Shown: positions 1 through 11,824 of the stretch, in pieces
How the letters are laid out: every line of letters begins with the position of its first letter
How positions within the stretch are numbered: the stretch's first letter is position 1
NCBI GenBank assembly: GCA_963823185.1
Contig: CAWGKP010000013.1
Location: forward strand, 135,386 to 199,385
Direction of reading: 5' to 3'
Length of the DNA: 64,000 nt
DNA from: an uncultured Acidobacteriota bacterium
GTDB taxonomy: Bacteria; Acidobacteriota; Thermoanaerobaculia; UBA5066; Gp7-AA6
Program-made: the position numbers and the translations under genes
Notes under the pieces: generated by a model
Database searches by the model: none
The model's input: the letters and a program-made list of their open reading frames with translations, nothing else
Told to the model about the DNA's origin: nothing

Positions 1-98
1 TCGTCGGCGTCTTCTTCCTCTGCTGCATCCCGCTGCTGCTGCTCTTCAAGCGGCGCCGGCGCGGCGCGCGACCGGCCGAGCCGGTGATGGCGCACTGA
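1..98 (+). CDS. partial CDS (3' end only): C-terminal hydrophobic helix followed by Arg-rich tail, possible C-terminal anchor/sorting signal
   Basis: The frame starting at nt 3 reads VGVFFLCCIPLLLLFKRRRRGARPAEPVMAH, then TGA at 96-98. The 5' part lies outside the window. Too short to appear in the ORF track. Confidence 0.3.
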   Translation, partial: VGVFFLCCIPLLLLFKRRRRGARPAEPVMAH

Positions 99-144
99 GG
101 CGGCCCGGCCGCGGCCGGCACGTCTCTTGTAACGCCCGAGGGGC

Positions 145-939
145 GTGAGGCGCGCCGAAGAGAACACCGAAGACCTCGCCGAGGTCGATTCCTACTACGA
201 GCGGATCCTTCCCTTCTACGAGCTCGAGACACTCGGCCGCCGTGATCTCGCGTTCTGGAAGGATCTCGTCCGCCGCTTTCGCCCGGCCTCGGTTCTCGAG
301 ATCGGCGCCGGCCTCGGGCGCGTCAGCGCGGAGCTCGCGCCCATCGCGGACCTGGTCGTCGGACTGGAGCCGTCGATCGCGATGCTCCTCCGCGCGCGCC
401 GGCGGCTCTCCCATCACGCTGTCCGGCTCGTCGCCGGCGACATGCGGCGCCTGCCGTTCTCCCGGCGGTTCGACCTGATCGTCGCGCCCGGAGATCCGTT
501 CTGCCACGTGACCTCGCTGGAGGAGCGCCGCGCCGCGCTTCGGGAAATCGCCCGCCGCCTCGCGCCGGGCGGCCGATTCGTTCTGGAAACGCTGCGGATG
601 CCGCCGGGCGGCGCGCGCTGCCGGCGCCGCCGCCTCCGTCTCGGCGGCGCGATGCTCCTCATCGACGAGACGTGGCGCCCGGTCGAGCCGGCGATCTGGC
701 GGGCGACGTTTCGGTACCGGCTTCGCGATCGCGTCGGAGAGCGCAGAAGCGAGGCGTCGTTCGTCGCGCGGCCATGGGATGCCGGCTCGATCGAAGCCCT
801 CTTTGGCGGGGCGGGTCTCGCCGTCGAGAGAACGTGGGGCGACTTTTCCGGCGGACCGGTCCGGTCCGATTCGCCACGCCGGATCATCGTGGCGCGGATC
901 GTCGTGGCGAGGAGGTCGCGCCTCAGGGCTCCGGTGTGA
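145..939 (+). CDS. class I SAM-dependent methyltransferase
   Basis: 264-aa ORF with a GTG start. SAM-binding motif I VLEIGAGLGRVSAELA is followed by VVGLEPS and LVAGDM, as in class I methyltransferases. Confidence 0.75.
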   Translation: MRRAEENTEDLAEVDSYYERILPFYELETLGRRDLAFWKDLVRRFRPASVLEIGAGLGRVSAELAPIADLVVGLEPSIAMLLRARRRLSHHAVRLVAGDMRRLPFSRRFDLIVAPGDPFCHVTSLEERRAALREIARRLAPGGRFVLETLRMPPGGARCRRRRLRLGGAMLLIDETWRPVEPAIWRATFRYRLRDRVGERRSEASFVARPWDAGSIEALFGGAGLAVERTWGDFSGGPVRSDSPRRIIVARIVVARRSRLRAPV

Positions 940-2134
940 TTCCCGAGATCCAGGGAATGCCGAGAGCGCCCGGCTTGACCAGGAGCACCGCGGAGCTTTC
1001 GGGAGAGAGGCTCTCGAAGAGGGACCGAGAAACCGTGACGGAATGCCTCTCGTCCGGCGAGGAGAGGGGTGTGACGACCACCGTCCTGTCACCGCGGCGA
1101 CCCGCCGATCGGCTACGCACGACGACCGTCTGACGATCGACGGTGCCGCGGTCGAATGCCGCATTCACGAAGCAAATGAGCCCGTATCCATACCCGAGAC
1201 AAAAAGCCAGCAAGACGGCTCCCAGGAATCGGCTCTCGAAGAGTCTCGGGTCGAGGCGGCGGGTCAAGAAGAACAGGAACAAGCCCGCGGCCAGGGCGAG
1301 CAGCAGGGCTTCGCCATAACGCATCGGAGGGACGAGAAACGCCACCAATACGCTCGCGATGAGCGGACCGAAAAAGGCCGAATCCATCCGCGGGATTCGA
1401 GATCGGCGAATGGTTTGCTCGAACGAGACGAGTCGGCCGAAGCGGGCCCGGAGCCAGAGAACGATCGGCGGGAGCGCTAAGAGCAACAGGGCGATTACCC
1501 CTCCCGTCGATCCGACGCCGCCGATCCAGAGCCTGAAGATCATGACGAGGGCGAGAAGAAAGCCGGCGATATTGAGCCCGTTCGCCGCCGTCCGAAGAAG
1601 AGACAGCCTGCCGGGTGAGGCCGCCGAAAAATCAGTGAGCGATTGCTTCTCTTCGGCCGCGTCCATGGCGTCCAGATCGCGAAAGTGGGCGTGCATCCAA
1701 TCGCGCAGGCTCTTCGGGCGCTCCAGATAGGCGCTGATTCTCAGTCGCCGGCGGCCCGCAGCGTCGTAGAGGATGCCGAGCGCCTCCGCGCTCCGTCCTC
1801 CGTAGCGCCCGACTTCCGTGCGGAAGCCCGCGATGTCCTCGTAGCGAAATCGCGAATCGCGGAAGAGACTCACGTATCGAAAGCCGTCCGGGAGGATCTC
1901 GAGACGTGCGATGCGAGCCCGCACCAGGGCGATCGCGGTGCCAGCGGCCCAGGCGGCTAGAAGACAAAGAATGCCTGTCAGCGAAGTGTTGCGCATCGAC
2001 GGATCGAAGAGACGAAGCCCGAGCAGCACTCCCCACGGGAGGAAGAGAACGGCCGAGATCGAGTAGACGCCGACCCGAATGTCGCGAGTCAGGCGATGCA
2101 CTTCGGTCGGGGGAGGCCCGGATGGCACCGCCAT
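923..2134 (-). CDS. hypothetical polytopic membrane protein
   Basis: 403-aa ORF with several long hydrophobic segments (GVYSISAVLFLPWGVLLGL, ILCLLAAWAAGTAIALV, IAGFLLALVMIF, GVIALLLLALPPIVLWL, LLLALAAGLFLFFL, GAVLLAFCLGYGYGLICFV). No catalytic motif recognised. Confidence 0.55.
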   Translation of the reverse strand: MAVPSGPPPTEVHRLTRDIRVGVYSISAVLFLPWGVLLGLRLFDPSMRNTSLTGILCLLAAWAAGTAIALVRARIARLEILPDGFRYVSLFRDSRFRYEDIAGFRTEVGRYGGRSAEALGILYDAAGRRRLRISAYLERPKSLRDWMHAHFRDLDAMDAAEEKQSLTDFSAASPGRLSLLRTAANGLNIAGFLLALVMIFRLWIGGVGSTGGVIALLLLALPPIVLWLRARFGRLVSFEQTIRRSRIPRMDSAFFGPLIASVLVAFLVPPMRYGEALLLALAAGLFLFFLTRRLDPRLFESRFLGAVLLAFCLGYGYGLICFVNAAFDRGTVDRQTVVVRSRSAGRRGDRTVVVTPLSSPDERHSVTVSRSLFESLSPESSAVLLVKPGALGIPWISGITPEP

Positions 2135-2147
2135 GCGATCGAGTGAT

Positions 2148-3155
2148 CTACGACAGCTCGAGCATCCGCAGCAATGGCTTCTCGGCCGCGGCGCGCAGCG
2201 GCTCGGGGAGGACGATCTCGGGCCGCTCGTCGCGCAGGCAGAGATACAGCTTCTCGAGGGTGTTGAGCTTCATGAACGGGCACTCGTTGCAGCGGCAGCC
2301 GTTGTCCGGCGGCACCGGGATGTACTCGCGGTCGGGCGCGAGCTTCTTCATCTGGTGGATGATCCCCTCCTCGGTCGCGATGAGGAATCGCTTTCCGGGC
2401 GCCGTCGTCACGTAGCTCAGGATCGAGCGCGTCGAGCCGACGTGGTCGGCGTACTTCAGGATCGCCTCCGGGCACTCGGGGTGCGCGGCGAGGAGCGCGT
2501 CGGGATACTTCGCCTTGAGCTTCACGATCTCGCGCTCGGAGAACTGCTCGTGCACGATGCAGGTGCCCGGCCACAGCGTCATCGGCCGGCCCGTCTTCTT
2601 CGCGAGGAAGGCGCCGAGGTGCCGGTCCGGCGCGAAGAGGATTTCCTGCTCCTTCGGGATCGAGCTCACGATCTTCTCGGCGTTCGACGAGGTGACGATG
2701 ATGTCGGAGAGCGCCTTCACCGCCGCCGAGCAGTTGATGTACGTCAGCGACACGGCGCCCGGATGCTCCGCGCGCCAGGCGCGGAACGCGTCGGGCGGGC
2801 AGGAGTTCTCGAGAGAGCAGCCCGCTTCGTAGTCGGGCAGCACGACCTTGCGCGCCGGGTTCAGGATCTTCGCGGTCTCCGCCATGAAGCGCACGCCGGC
2901 GAACGCGATGATGTCGGCCTGACTCTTCTGCGCGCTGCGCGAGAGGTCGAGCGAGTCGCCCACGAAGTCGGCCAGGTCCTGGATTTCCTCTTCCTGGTAG
3001 TAGTGGGCGAGCAAAACTGCATTTTTTTGTCGCTTGAGGCGGCGGATTTCTTCGGCGAGGTCGAGGGTGGGATCGACCGAGGCGAGGTCCGGAGGAGCCG
3101 GGCGCACGGCAGCCTCGAGGTAAGTCTCGGAGATCGTGGGCCGTGGAGCGCTCAT
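2148..3155 (-). CDS. nadA: quinolinate synthase NadA
   Basis: This is the last 335 aa of the 1113-aa track ORF: MSAPRPT...LLAHYYQ...AGVRFMAETAKIL...CSLENSCP...TYINCSAAVKA...HPECP...CRCNECPFMKLNT. ATG at 3155 (cat at 3153-3155). The upstream 778 codons of the track ORF are an antisense shadow of the E1 gene. Confidence 0.93.
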   Translation of the reverse strand: MSAPRPTISETYLEAAVRPAPPDLASVDPTLDLAEEIRRLKRQKNAVLLAHYYQEEEIQDLADFVGDSLDLSRSAQKSQADIIAFAGVRFMAETAKILNPARKVVLPDYEAGCSLENSCPPDAFRAWRAEHPGAVSLTYINCSAAVKALSDIIVTSSNAEKIVSSIPKEQEILFAPDRHLGAFLAKKTGRPMTLWPGTCIVHEQFSEREIVKLKAKYPDALLAAHPECPEAILKYADHVGSTRSILSYVTTAPGKRFLIATEEGIIHQMKKLAPDREYIPVPPDNGCRCNECPFMKLNTLEKLYLCLRDERPEIVLPEPLRAAAEKPLLRMLELS

Positions 3156-3407
3156 GAGACTGGAGAGGATAACAACGGCGGTGCCCTCCCCGATTCTCGC
3201 CGGCCGACCCGGTAACTGGCACGCGGCCTGCTCCGTAGTCAAGGCATGAGCCCGTTGGGGAGCCCGCTTCGCGCGAGCCGCACCGCGATTCTGCTCGCCG
3301 CGCTCCTTCTCGCGGCGCTCGCCCTCGAGGCCTGGGGCATTCGCGCCTCGCTCGGACTCATCCGCTAGGCGCGCCGCCGTAAATCGGCGGGATGTATATT
3401 TGCCCCG

Positions 3408-5525
<2,118 letters not shown>

Positions 5526-5535
5526 GAACGTCTCG

Positions 5536-6369
5536 ATGACCGTCGCGGGCGACCAGCCGGCGGGTTCCTACGTTCTCGGACATTCCGACCAGGAGCTCGA
5601 GCGCCTGGGCAAGCAGGCGCGCCTCGTCGGCCCGATCACGCGGCGATTCTTCGAGGGCGCGGGCCTCTCGCCGGGAATGCGCGTGCTCGACGTCGGCAGC
5701 GGCGCGGGCGACGTCGCGTTCCTCGCGGCGGAGCTCGTCGGTCCGGGCGGCGAGGTCGTCGGCGCCGACCGGTCGGCGGACGCGCTCGAGAAGGCGCGGC
5801 AACGCGCGGCGGCTCGATCGCTTCGCCACGTCTCGTTTCGCGAAGGCGATCCCGCCACGATGAAGTTCGACCGGCCGTTCGACGCCGTCGTGGGCCGCTA
5901 CGTGCTCCTGTTTCAGTCGGACCCGGCGGCGATGCTCCGGGCCCTCGCGGCGCACCTTCGGCCGGGCGGCGTCATCGTGTTCCACGAGCCGGACTGGTAC
6001 GGCGTTCGGTCGATTCCCCGGTGTCCGACGTACGAACGATGCTCCGACTGGATCGTCGAGACGCTCCGACGATCAGGCCACGCGACGCACACGGGGCTCG
6101 GACTCCACGCGGCGTTCGTTGCCGCGGGTCTTCCGGCGCCCGCCCTGCGGCTCGACGCGCTCATCGGGGGAGGAGCCAATGCTGCGGATCTCTTGCACCT
6201 CAATGCCGACATCGTGCGCTCGGTCGTTCCGGAGATGGAGCGCCTCGGCATCGCGACCGCGCGCGAGGTCGACATCGAGACGCTCGCGGACCGGATGATC
6301 GCGGAAGCGGTCGCCGCGGATGCCGTCCTCGTCGGGCGCTACGAAGTCGGCGCCTGGTCGCGCGTTTAG
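5536..6369 (+). CDS. class I SAM-dependent methyltransferase
   Basis: 277-aa ORF with SAM motif RVLDVGSGAGDVAFLAAELVGPGGEVVGADRS. Confidence 0.75.
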   Translation: MTVAGDQPAGSYVLGHSDQELERLGKQARLVGPITRRFFEGAGLSPGMRVLDVGSGAGDVAFLAAELVGPGGEVVGADRSADALEKARQRAAARSLRHVSFREGDPATMKFDRPFDAVVGRYVLLFQSDPAAMLRALAAHLRPGGVIVFHEPDWYGVRSIPRCPTYERCSDWIVETLRRSGHATHTGLGLHAAFVAAGLPAPALRLDALIGGGANAADLLHLNADIVRSVVPEMERLGIATAREVDIETLADRMIAEAVAADAVLVGRYEVGAWSRV

Positions 6370-6537
6370 AGACTCCTAAGCTTCTTCTCCGCGCCTGCCC
6401 TCCGCGAGGGACAGGATTGTCACCTCGTGCGACCGCCTCGTTTCGCGCCCGTCGGTAACCCCAGCCGCCTCAGCGTCATCGAAACGGGTATGAACCATGC
6501 AACGTTCTCATGCGTATCCGATGTCGAGGAGGCTTCG

Positions 6538-6741
6538 ATGAAATGGCTGCCGCTGGAGCTCGAGGAGGATCGCGAGGCGCATCACCGGGCGCTCCGCCGA
6601 TGCCACGGCTGCGGCGCCTACACGCGTCTCGTCGGAGTGGTGGACGGCCTCCCGCGCTGCGAGCGCTGCGTCGCGAAAGCGCGGCGCGAGCGCAGCCGCG
6701 AGCGGGAAGGCGATCCGACGGTCGTGGATTTCGTCGTCTGA
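6538..6741 (+). CDS. small zinc-ribbon-like protein (hypothetical)
   Basis: ATG at 6538 follows GAGGAGG (6526-6532) by 5 nt. The 67-aa product has two CxxC pairs (RRCHGCGAY...LPRCERCVAK). The track ORF start at 6427 has no RBS. Confidence 0.4.
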   Translation: MKWLPLELEEDREAHHRALRRCHGCGAYTRLVGVVDGLPRCERCVAKARRERSREREGDPTVVDFVV

Positions 6742-6769
6742 AAGCGCGCTGGCGTAGAATCCCCGCCCG

Positions 6770-7564
6770 GTGAGGGCGGACCACCGAGCGCGGCACCTGC
6801 GCACCGAGCGCTACGGGCCCGGCCTTTTCTCTTCGGTCCTGGAAGCGCCGGCGCTCGCGCGCTCCGTGCGGCCGGGCCAGTTCGCGATGCTCGAGATCCC
6901 GGGCCGCGTCCGCCCGTACCTGCGCCGCGCCTACTCGGTCGCCGACGCCCGGCCGGAGTCGGGCGAGGTCGAGTTCCTCGTCAAGACGATCGGCGCGGGA
7001 ACCGGAGCGCTCGAGGATTTGCCGCCGGGCTCGCCGGTCGGCCTGCTGGCGCCGCTCGGCAACGCGTTCTCGCTCGGCGACGTGCCGCGCGGCGCTCGCG
7101 TCGCGATCGTCGCCGGCGGGATCGGCGCCGCGCCCTTTCCGCTCCTCTATCGCGCGCTCGCCGAAGCGGGAATCGCGGGCGATCTCTTCCTCGGAGGGCG
7201 CGGTGAGAAGGATCTCGCGTTCCGCGGCCGCTTCGACGGGATCGTCAACGGTCGCACGCATCTCGCGAGCGACGACGGCTCGCTCGGCGAAAAGGGATTC
7301 GTGACGGAGATCTTCCGCTCGCACGCGCGGCAGACGCCCTACGCGCGCGTCTTCGCCTGCGGGCCGATGCCGATGTTCCGCGCGCTCGCGAAGGTCACGT
7401 CGGAGCTGCGTCTCCCGGCCGAGTTCTCGACCGAGGCGGAGATGGGTTGCGGCTTCGGCGTGTGCCTCGGTTGCGTGATCCCGGCGGTCGAGAAGCCGTT
7501 CCTCGTGTCCTGCACGGAGGGACCGATCCTCCCGCCCGAGAAGATCGCTTGGGAGAAGTTGTGA
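6770..7564 (+). CDS. pyrK: dihydroorotate dehydrogenase (class 1B) electron-transfer subunit
   Basis: 264-aa ORF with a ferredoxin-reductase-like fold and a C-terminal 2Fe-2S Cys cluster (CGFGVCLGCV...C). Its stop overlaps the pyrD GTG (GTGA at 7561-7564). Confidence 0.85.
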   Translation: MRADHRARHLRTERYGPGLFSSVLEAPALARSVRPGQFAMLEIPGRVRPYLRRAYSVADARPESGEVEFLVKTIGAGTGALEDLPPGSPVGLLAPLGNAFSLGDVPRGARVAIVAGGIGAAPFPLLYRALAEAGIAGDLFLGGRGEKDLAFRGRFDGIVNGRTHLASDDGSLGEKGFVTEIFRSHARQTPYARVFACGPMPMFRALAKVTSELRLPAEFSTEAEMGCGFGVCLGCVIPAVEKPFLVSCTEGPILPPEKIAWEKL

Positions 7565-8511
7565 GCGACCGGCTGTCGGTGCGCCTCGGGCCGCTCGCGC
7601 TGCGCAATCCGATTCTGACCGCGAGCGGGACCTTCGGCTACGGGCTCGAGTTCACGGACTTCGTGGACCTCGCGAAGCTCGGCGGCCTCTGCACCAAAGG
7701 GCTCTCCTTGAAGCCGCACGCGGGCAACGCGCCGCCGCGTATCTGCGAGACGCCCGCGGGGATGCTGAACGCGATCGGCTTGCAGAACGTCGGCGTGGAC
7801 GTGTTCCGGCGGGAGAAGCTGCCGAAGCTGCGCACGCTCGGCGCCACGGTGATCGCCAACGTCTGGGGCGACGCGGAGGAGGACTACGTCGCGGTCGTCG
7901 AGGCGCTCGAGGATGCCGAGGGGGTCGCGGCGATCGAGCTCAACATCTCCTGCCCGAACGTCTCGCGCGGCGGCATGCTCTTCGGGAATTCGCCCGAGCT
8001 CACGGCCGCGCTCGTCGCGAAGGTTCGCGCGGCGACGAAGCGGCCGCTCATCGTGAAGCTCTCGCCGAACGCGCCGGACCTCGTCGCCTCGGCGAAGGCG
8101 GCGCGCGACGCCGGCGCGGACGTCCTGTCGCTCATCAACACGCTCGTCGGCATGGCGATCGATCCCGAGACGGCGAAGCCGCGCATCTCCTTCGGCACGG
8201 GCGGCCTCTCGGGGCCGGCGATCAAGCCGATCGCGGTGCGCATGGTCTATCAGGTCGCGCGCGCGCTGCCGGACACGCCGCTGATGGGCATCGGCGGGAT
8301 CGCGAGCCTCGAGGACGCGCTGGAGTTCCTCGCGGCGGGCGCCGCGGCGGTTCAGGTCGGAACGGCGAATTTCAAGGAGCCGGGGATCGCGGGCCGGCTC
8401 GTCACGGAGCTCGACGCCTACTGCGCGGCGCGGAACGTCGCGGTGGCGTCGCTCGTCGGGCGCGCGCAGGCGGGACGCGCGCCGGCGCGCGAGGGGGGGG
8501 CCGAAGGATGA
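7561..8511 (+). CDS. pyrD: dihydroorotate dehydrogenase (class 1B) catalytic subunit
   Basis: In-frame GTG at 7561. Motifs LRNPILTASGTFGYG, NISCPN, IVKLSPN, GGLSGPAIKPIA and GIGGI are present. The track start at 7447 lies inside pyrK. Confidence 0.92.
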   Translation: MSDRLSVRLGPLALRNPILTASGTFGYGLEFTDFVDLAKLGGLCTKGLSLKPHAGNAPPRICETPAGMLNAIGLQNVGVDVFRREKLPKLRTLGATVIANVWGDAEEDYVAVVEALEDAEGVAAIELNISCPNVSRGGMLFGNSPELTAALVAKVRAATKRPLIVKLSPNAPDLVASAKAARDAGADVLSLINTLVGMAIDPETAKPRISFGTGGLSGPAIKPIAVRMVYQVARALPDTPLMGIGGIASLEDALEFLAAGAAAVQVGTANFKEPGIAGRLVTELDAYCAARNVAVASLVGRAQAGRAPAREGGAEG

Positions 8512-9209
8512 GCGCGGCCGATCGGATCTGCATCGCCCTCGACTTCCCGACGCGCGCCGAGGTCCTCGCGGCGGCGCGGCGGTTCGGACCGAAGGTCGGA
8601 TGGCTCAAGGTCGGTCTCGAAGCCTTCGTCTCCGAGGGGCCGTCGCTCGTCGCGGAAGTCGCGAGGTCCTCGCGCGTCTTCCTGGATCTCAAGTTCCACG
8701 ACATCCCCAACACCGTCGCGGGCGCCGTCGCGGCGGCGGCGCGTTCCGGCGCATCCCTTTTGAACGTGCACGCCTCCGGCGGGCGCGCGATGCTCGAGGC
8801 GGCGCGGCGCGCGCTGCCCGATGGACCGTCGCGACCGAGGCTCGTCGCCGTGACCCTCCTGACGTCGCTCGACGCGAAATCGCTCGCCGACCTTCCGATG
8901 GCCGGGCATCCGGAGGGGATCGCGCGGCGTCTTTCGATCCTCGCGAAGGACTGCGGGCTCGACGGCGTCGTCTGCTCGCCGACCGATCTGCCGGTGATCC
9001 GCACCGCCTGCGGTCCGGACTTCCTGACCGTCGTGCCGGGCATCCGTCCGTCCGGCGCCGCCGCCGGCGACCAGAAGCGGATCGCGACCCCGCGCGACGC
9101 AATCGCCGCCGGCGCGGACATTCTGGTCGTGGGAAGGCCCGTCACCGCGGCGCCCGATCCGGACGCGGCGCTGGATCGGCTGATCGAAGAGATCGAACCG
9201 GCGGAGTAG
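8508..9209 (+). CDS. pyrF: orotidine 5'-phosphate decarboxylase
   Basis: 233-aa ORF with ICIALDF, LKVGLEAF, FLDLKFHDIPNTV and VVGRPV. ATGA overlap with the pyrD stop. Confidence 0.92.
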   Translation: MSAADRICIALDFPTRAEVLAAARRFGPKVGWLKVGLEAFVSEGPSLVAEVARSSRVFLDLKFHDIPNTVAGAVAAAARSGASLLNVHASGGRAMLEAARRALPDGPSRPRLVAVTLLTSLDAKSLADLPMAGHPEGIARRLSILAKDCGLDGVVCSPTDLPVIRTACGPDFLTVVPGIRPSGAAAGDQKRIATPRDAIAAGADILVVGRPVTAAPDPDAALDRLIEEIEPAE

Positions 9210-9237
9210 GGCCGGCGGAATTCGATCTCCTGTCGAC

Positions 9238-10740
9238 TCACCCCGACTGCTGGGGGTCCTCGCGTCGCAGGTACGCGCCGATCGCCGCGGCAGCCTTGCG
9301 GCCGTGGCCCATGGCGAGGATGACAGTCGAGGCGCCGGCCACGATGTCACCGCCGGCGAAGACTCCCTTTCGGGGCGTCATCATCGTGGCCTCGTCCACG
9401 ACGAGCGTGCCGTGGCGGGTCGTCGTCAGGCCGGCCGTGGTCTTGGGGATCAGAGGATTCGGGCCGTTGCCGATCGCCTCGATGACGATCTCGACGGAAA
9501 GCTCTTCATAGGCTCCCTCGATGGGGATCGGCCGGCGGCGGCCCTTTTCGTCCGGCTCGCCGAGCTCGCACGTCTGGATCTTCAGCGCGCGCACCCAGCC
9601 GCTCTCTGTCGGGAGAATCGCGACCGGAGCCGAGAGCATGCGGAACTGGACGCCCTCCTGCTCCGCATGGTGGACCTCCTCGAGGCGGGCGGGCATTTCG
9701 TCGCGCGAGCGGCGGTAGACGAGAAAGACGTTCTTCGCGCCGAGGCGGAGCGCCGTCCGCGCGGCGTCCATGGCGACGTTGCCGCCTCCGAGGACCGCCA
9801 CGTTCTCGCGGCGCAGCACGGGCGTGTCTTCTTGCGGGAACCGGTACGCTCCCATGAGGTTCGCGCGCGTCAGGTACTCGTTGGCCGAGTAGACGCCGTT
9901 CAGATCCTCTCCCGGGATGTCGACGAAGTAGGGAAGTCCCGCGCCCGTCGCGACGTACACGGCGTCGAAGCCGTCGTCGAAGAGATCGTCGATGCTCAGT
10001 GTCTGTCCGACGATGGTGTCGAACTCGAATTCGACGCCCATCTTGCGAAGATTGTCGACCTCGGCCTCGACGATGTCCTTGGGCAGCCGGAACTCGGGGA
10101 TGCCGTAGACGAGGACGCCGCCGGCCTTGTGGAAGGCCTCGAACACCACCGTCTCGTGGCCCAGACGCCGCAAGTCGCCCGCGCAGGTCAGGCCCGACGG
10201 CCCCGCGCCAATGATCGCGACGCGCTTTCCGGTCGCAGCGCCCACCGGCGGCAGTTCGACGCCGCCTTCTTCGCGCTCCCAGTCGGCGAGAAAGGCCTCG
10301 ATCTTGCCCACGGACACGGCGAATCCCAGGTCCTTGTGGACCTTGGCGACCATGCAGTTCTCCTGGCACTGGCTCTCCTGCGGGCAGACGCGCCCGCAGA
10401 TGGCCGGCAGGAGGTTGGTCTCCTTGATGAGACGGATGGCGCCGCGAAAGTCGCCTTCGGCGACGAGCCGAAGAAAGCCCGGGACGTCCACCGACACCGG
10501 GCATCCCGTGACGCAGGGCTCGTTCTTGCAGGAAAGACAGCGCACGGCCTCGGCGCGCGCCTCCGCCGGCGTGTAAGCGAACGGAACCTCGCGCGTGTTG
10601 CGGATGCGCTCGGCGGGCTCCTGTTCCTTCCAGAAGACCTTGGGAAGCTGGCCCCGCTGCCGGTTGGTCAGGCTCTTGCGGTTCTCGACGCGCGCCGCGA
10701 GCTCCTCGGGCGTCAGGCTCGGCCTGTCGGCCTCGGTCAT
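9238..10740 (-). CDS. nfnB: GltD/SudA/NfnB-family NAD(P)H oxidoreductase large subunit (glutamate synthase small-chain homolog)
   Basis: ATG at 10740; the 79 Arg-rich codons upstream in the track ORF were rejected. N-terminal Fe-S Cys clusters (CLSCKNEPCVTGCP, CGRVCPQESQCQENC) and two GxGxxG motifs (VAIIGAGPSGLTCA, VAVLGGGNVAMDAA). ATGA overlap with the upstream partner gene. Confidence 0.8.
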   Translation of the reverse strand: MTEADRPSLTPEELAARVENRKSLTNRQRGQLPKVFWKEQEPAERIRNTREVPFAYTPAEARAEAVRCLSCKNEPCVTGCPVSVDVPGFLRLVAEGDFRGAIRLIKETNLLPAICGRVCPQESQCQENCMVAKVHKDLGFAVSVGKIEAFLADWEREEGGVELPPVGAATGKRVAIIGAGPSGLTCAGDLRRLGHETVVFEAFHKAGGVLVYGIPEFRLPKDIVEAEVDNLRKMGVEFEFDTIVGQTLSIDDLFDDGFDAVYVATGAGLPYFVDIPGEDLNGVYSANEYLTRANLMGAYRFPQEDTPVLRRENVAVLGGGNVAMDAARTALRLGAKNVFLVYRRSRDEMPARLEEVHHAEQEGVQFRMLSAPVAILPTESGWVRALKIQTCELGEPDEKGRRRPIPIEGAYEELSVEIVIEAIGNGPNPLIPKTTAGLTTTRHGTLVVDEATMMTPRKGVFAGGDIVAGASTVILAMGHGRKAAAAIGAYLRREDPQQSG

Positions 10741-11675
10741 CGGAGCTCTCCCTCCGAGGCCGCTTCCGACTCCGACACGGCCGCGGCCACCGCGGGCTGA
10801 AGCTGACAGCTCGGATCGTTCTCGCGATAGCGTTCGAGGCTCGCGGCTTCCTCCGGCCGGTACATGGCCTGGCGGCGCATCATGCCGTCGAAGTCGACGC
10901 GGTGCCCGTCGAACTCGGGCCCGTCGACGCAGACGTACCGCGCGACGCCGTCCACGAGCACGCGGCAGCCGCCGCACATCCCCGTGCCGTCGACCATGAT
11001 CGTGTTCAGGCTCACGAGCGTCGGCACCCCGTAGGGCTCCGTCGTCTTCGAGCAGAACTTCATCATCAGGGGCGGACCGATGGCGATCGCCACGTCCACA
11101 TTCCCGCCGGCGGTTCGGCGGCTTTCGATGAGGCTTTTCAGCGCGTCGGTCACGAAGCCCTTGCGGCCGGCCGAACCGTCGTCGGTGCAGACCAGGAGCT
11201 CGCTCGAGGCCACACGCAGCCGATCCTCGAAAACGAGAAGATCCGCTCTTCGGGCGCCGAGGATCGTCACGACCTCGTGGCCGGCCTCCCGGAAGGCCCT
11301 CACGATCGGGAGCATCGGCGCGGCGCCGATTCCGCCGGCCACACAGGCGATCGTCCCTCGGAAGTCGTCGGGCCGGCCCGGCACGGCAATGTGCGTCGGG
11401 TTGCCGAGCGGCCCGGCGACATTGGAGAAGGCGTCTCCCTCGCCGAAGGCTTCCGTCATCTCGAAGGTCGTCTTGCCGACCGCCTGAACGACCAGCGTGA
11501 CGCTTCCCTTGTCGCGGTCGACGTCCGCGATCGTCAGCGGAATGCGCTCCGAGCGCGCATGCGGGCGAACCATGACGAACTGTCCCGCGCGGTGACGTCG
11601 GGCCACGCGGGGCGCCGACACTTCGAAAAGAGTGACGTTTTCCGCGAGCGCTCGCTTCACGAGAATCTTGAACAC
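10737..11675 (-). CDS. nfnA: PyrK-like FAD/2Fe-2S small subunit partner of the GltD-like protein (NfnA/SudB type)
   Basis: 312-aa ORF. N-terminal MFKILVKRALAENVTLFEVSAPRVAR...GQFVMVRP is a ferredoxin-reductase-type barrel, with a C-terminal Cys cluster GMCGGCRV...C. Translationally coupled to nfnB. Confidence 0.8.
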   Translation of the reverse strand: MFKILVKRALAENVTLFEVSAPRVARRHRAGQFVMVRPHARSERIPLTIADVDRDKGSVTLVVQAVGKTTFEMTEAFGEGDAFSNVAGPLGNPTHIAVPGRPDDFRGTIACVAGGIGAAPMLPIVRAFREAGHEVVTILGARRADLLVFEDRLRVASSELLVCTDDGSAGRKGFVTDALKSLIESRRTAGGNVDVAIAIGPPLMMKFCSKTTEPYGVPTLVSLNTIMVDGTGMCGGCRVLVDGVARYVCVDGPEFDGHRVDFDGMMRRQAMYRPEEAASLERYRENDPSCQLQPAVAAAVSESEAASEGELR

Positions 11676-11824
11676 GCCGACCTCAATTTGAAGGCGAGAG
11701 CGCGATCGCCCTGCCGCCCGTCAGGGACATGGTGGCGGCTCGGCGACGCACCGACCCGATGCAAATGCATCAAAGCCGACCGACACGCCGAAGAAAGCGC
11801 CGGCACCGGCGCCGACACGCGGAG

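Noticed and set aside
3156-3300. A possible NAD+ (nadA-motif) riboswitch in the nadA 5' leader, since that motif is known from Acidobacteria.
   Set aside because: I read the minus-strand leader and could not place the conserved internal-loop sequences or the tandem-domain architecture with any confidence. An Infernal scan with the nadA covariance model would be needed. Not reported as a feature.
3246-3368. A 40-codon ORF (MSPLGSPLRASRTAILLAALLLAALALEAWGIRASLGLIR) between nadA and the E1 gene, which looks like a single TM helix.
   Set aside because: It has only a weak AAGG upstream and no conservation evidence is available. Such hydrophobic mini-ORFs arise easily in GC-rich DNA, so it is left uncalled.
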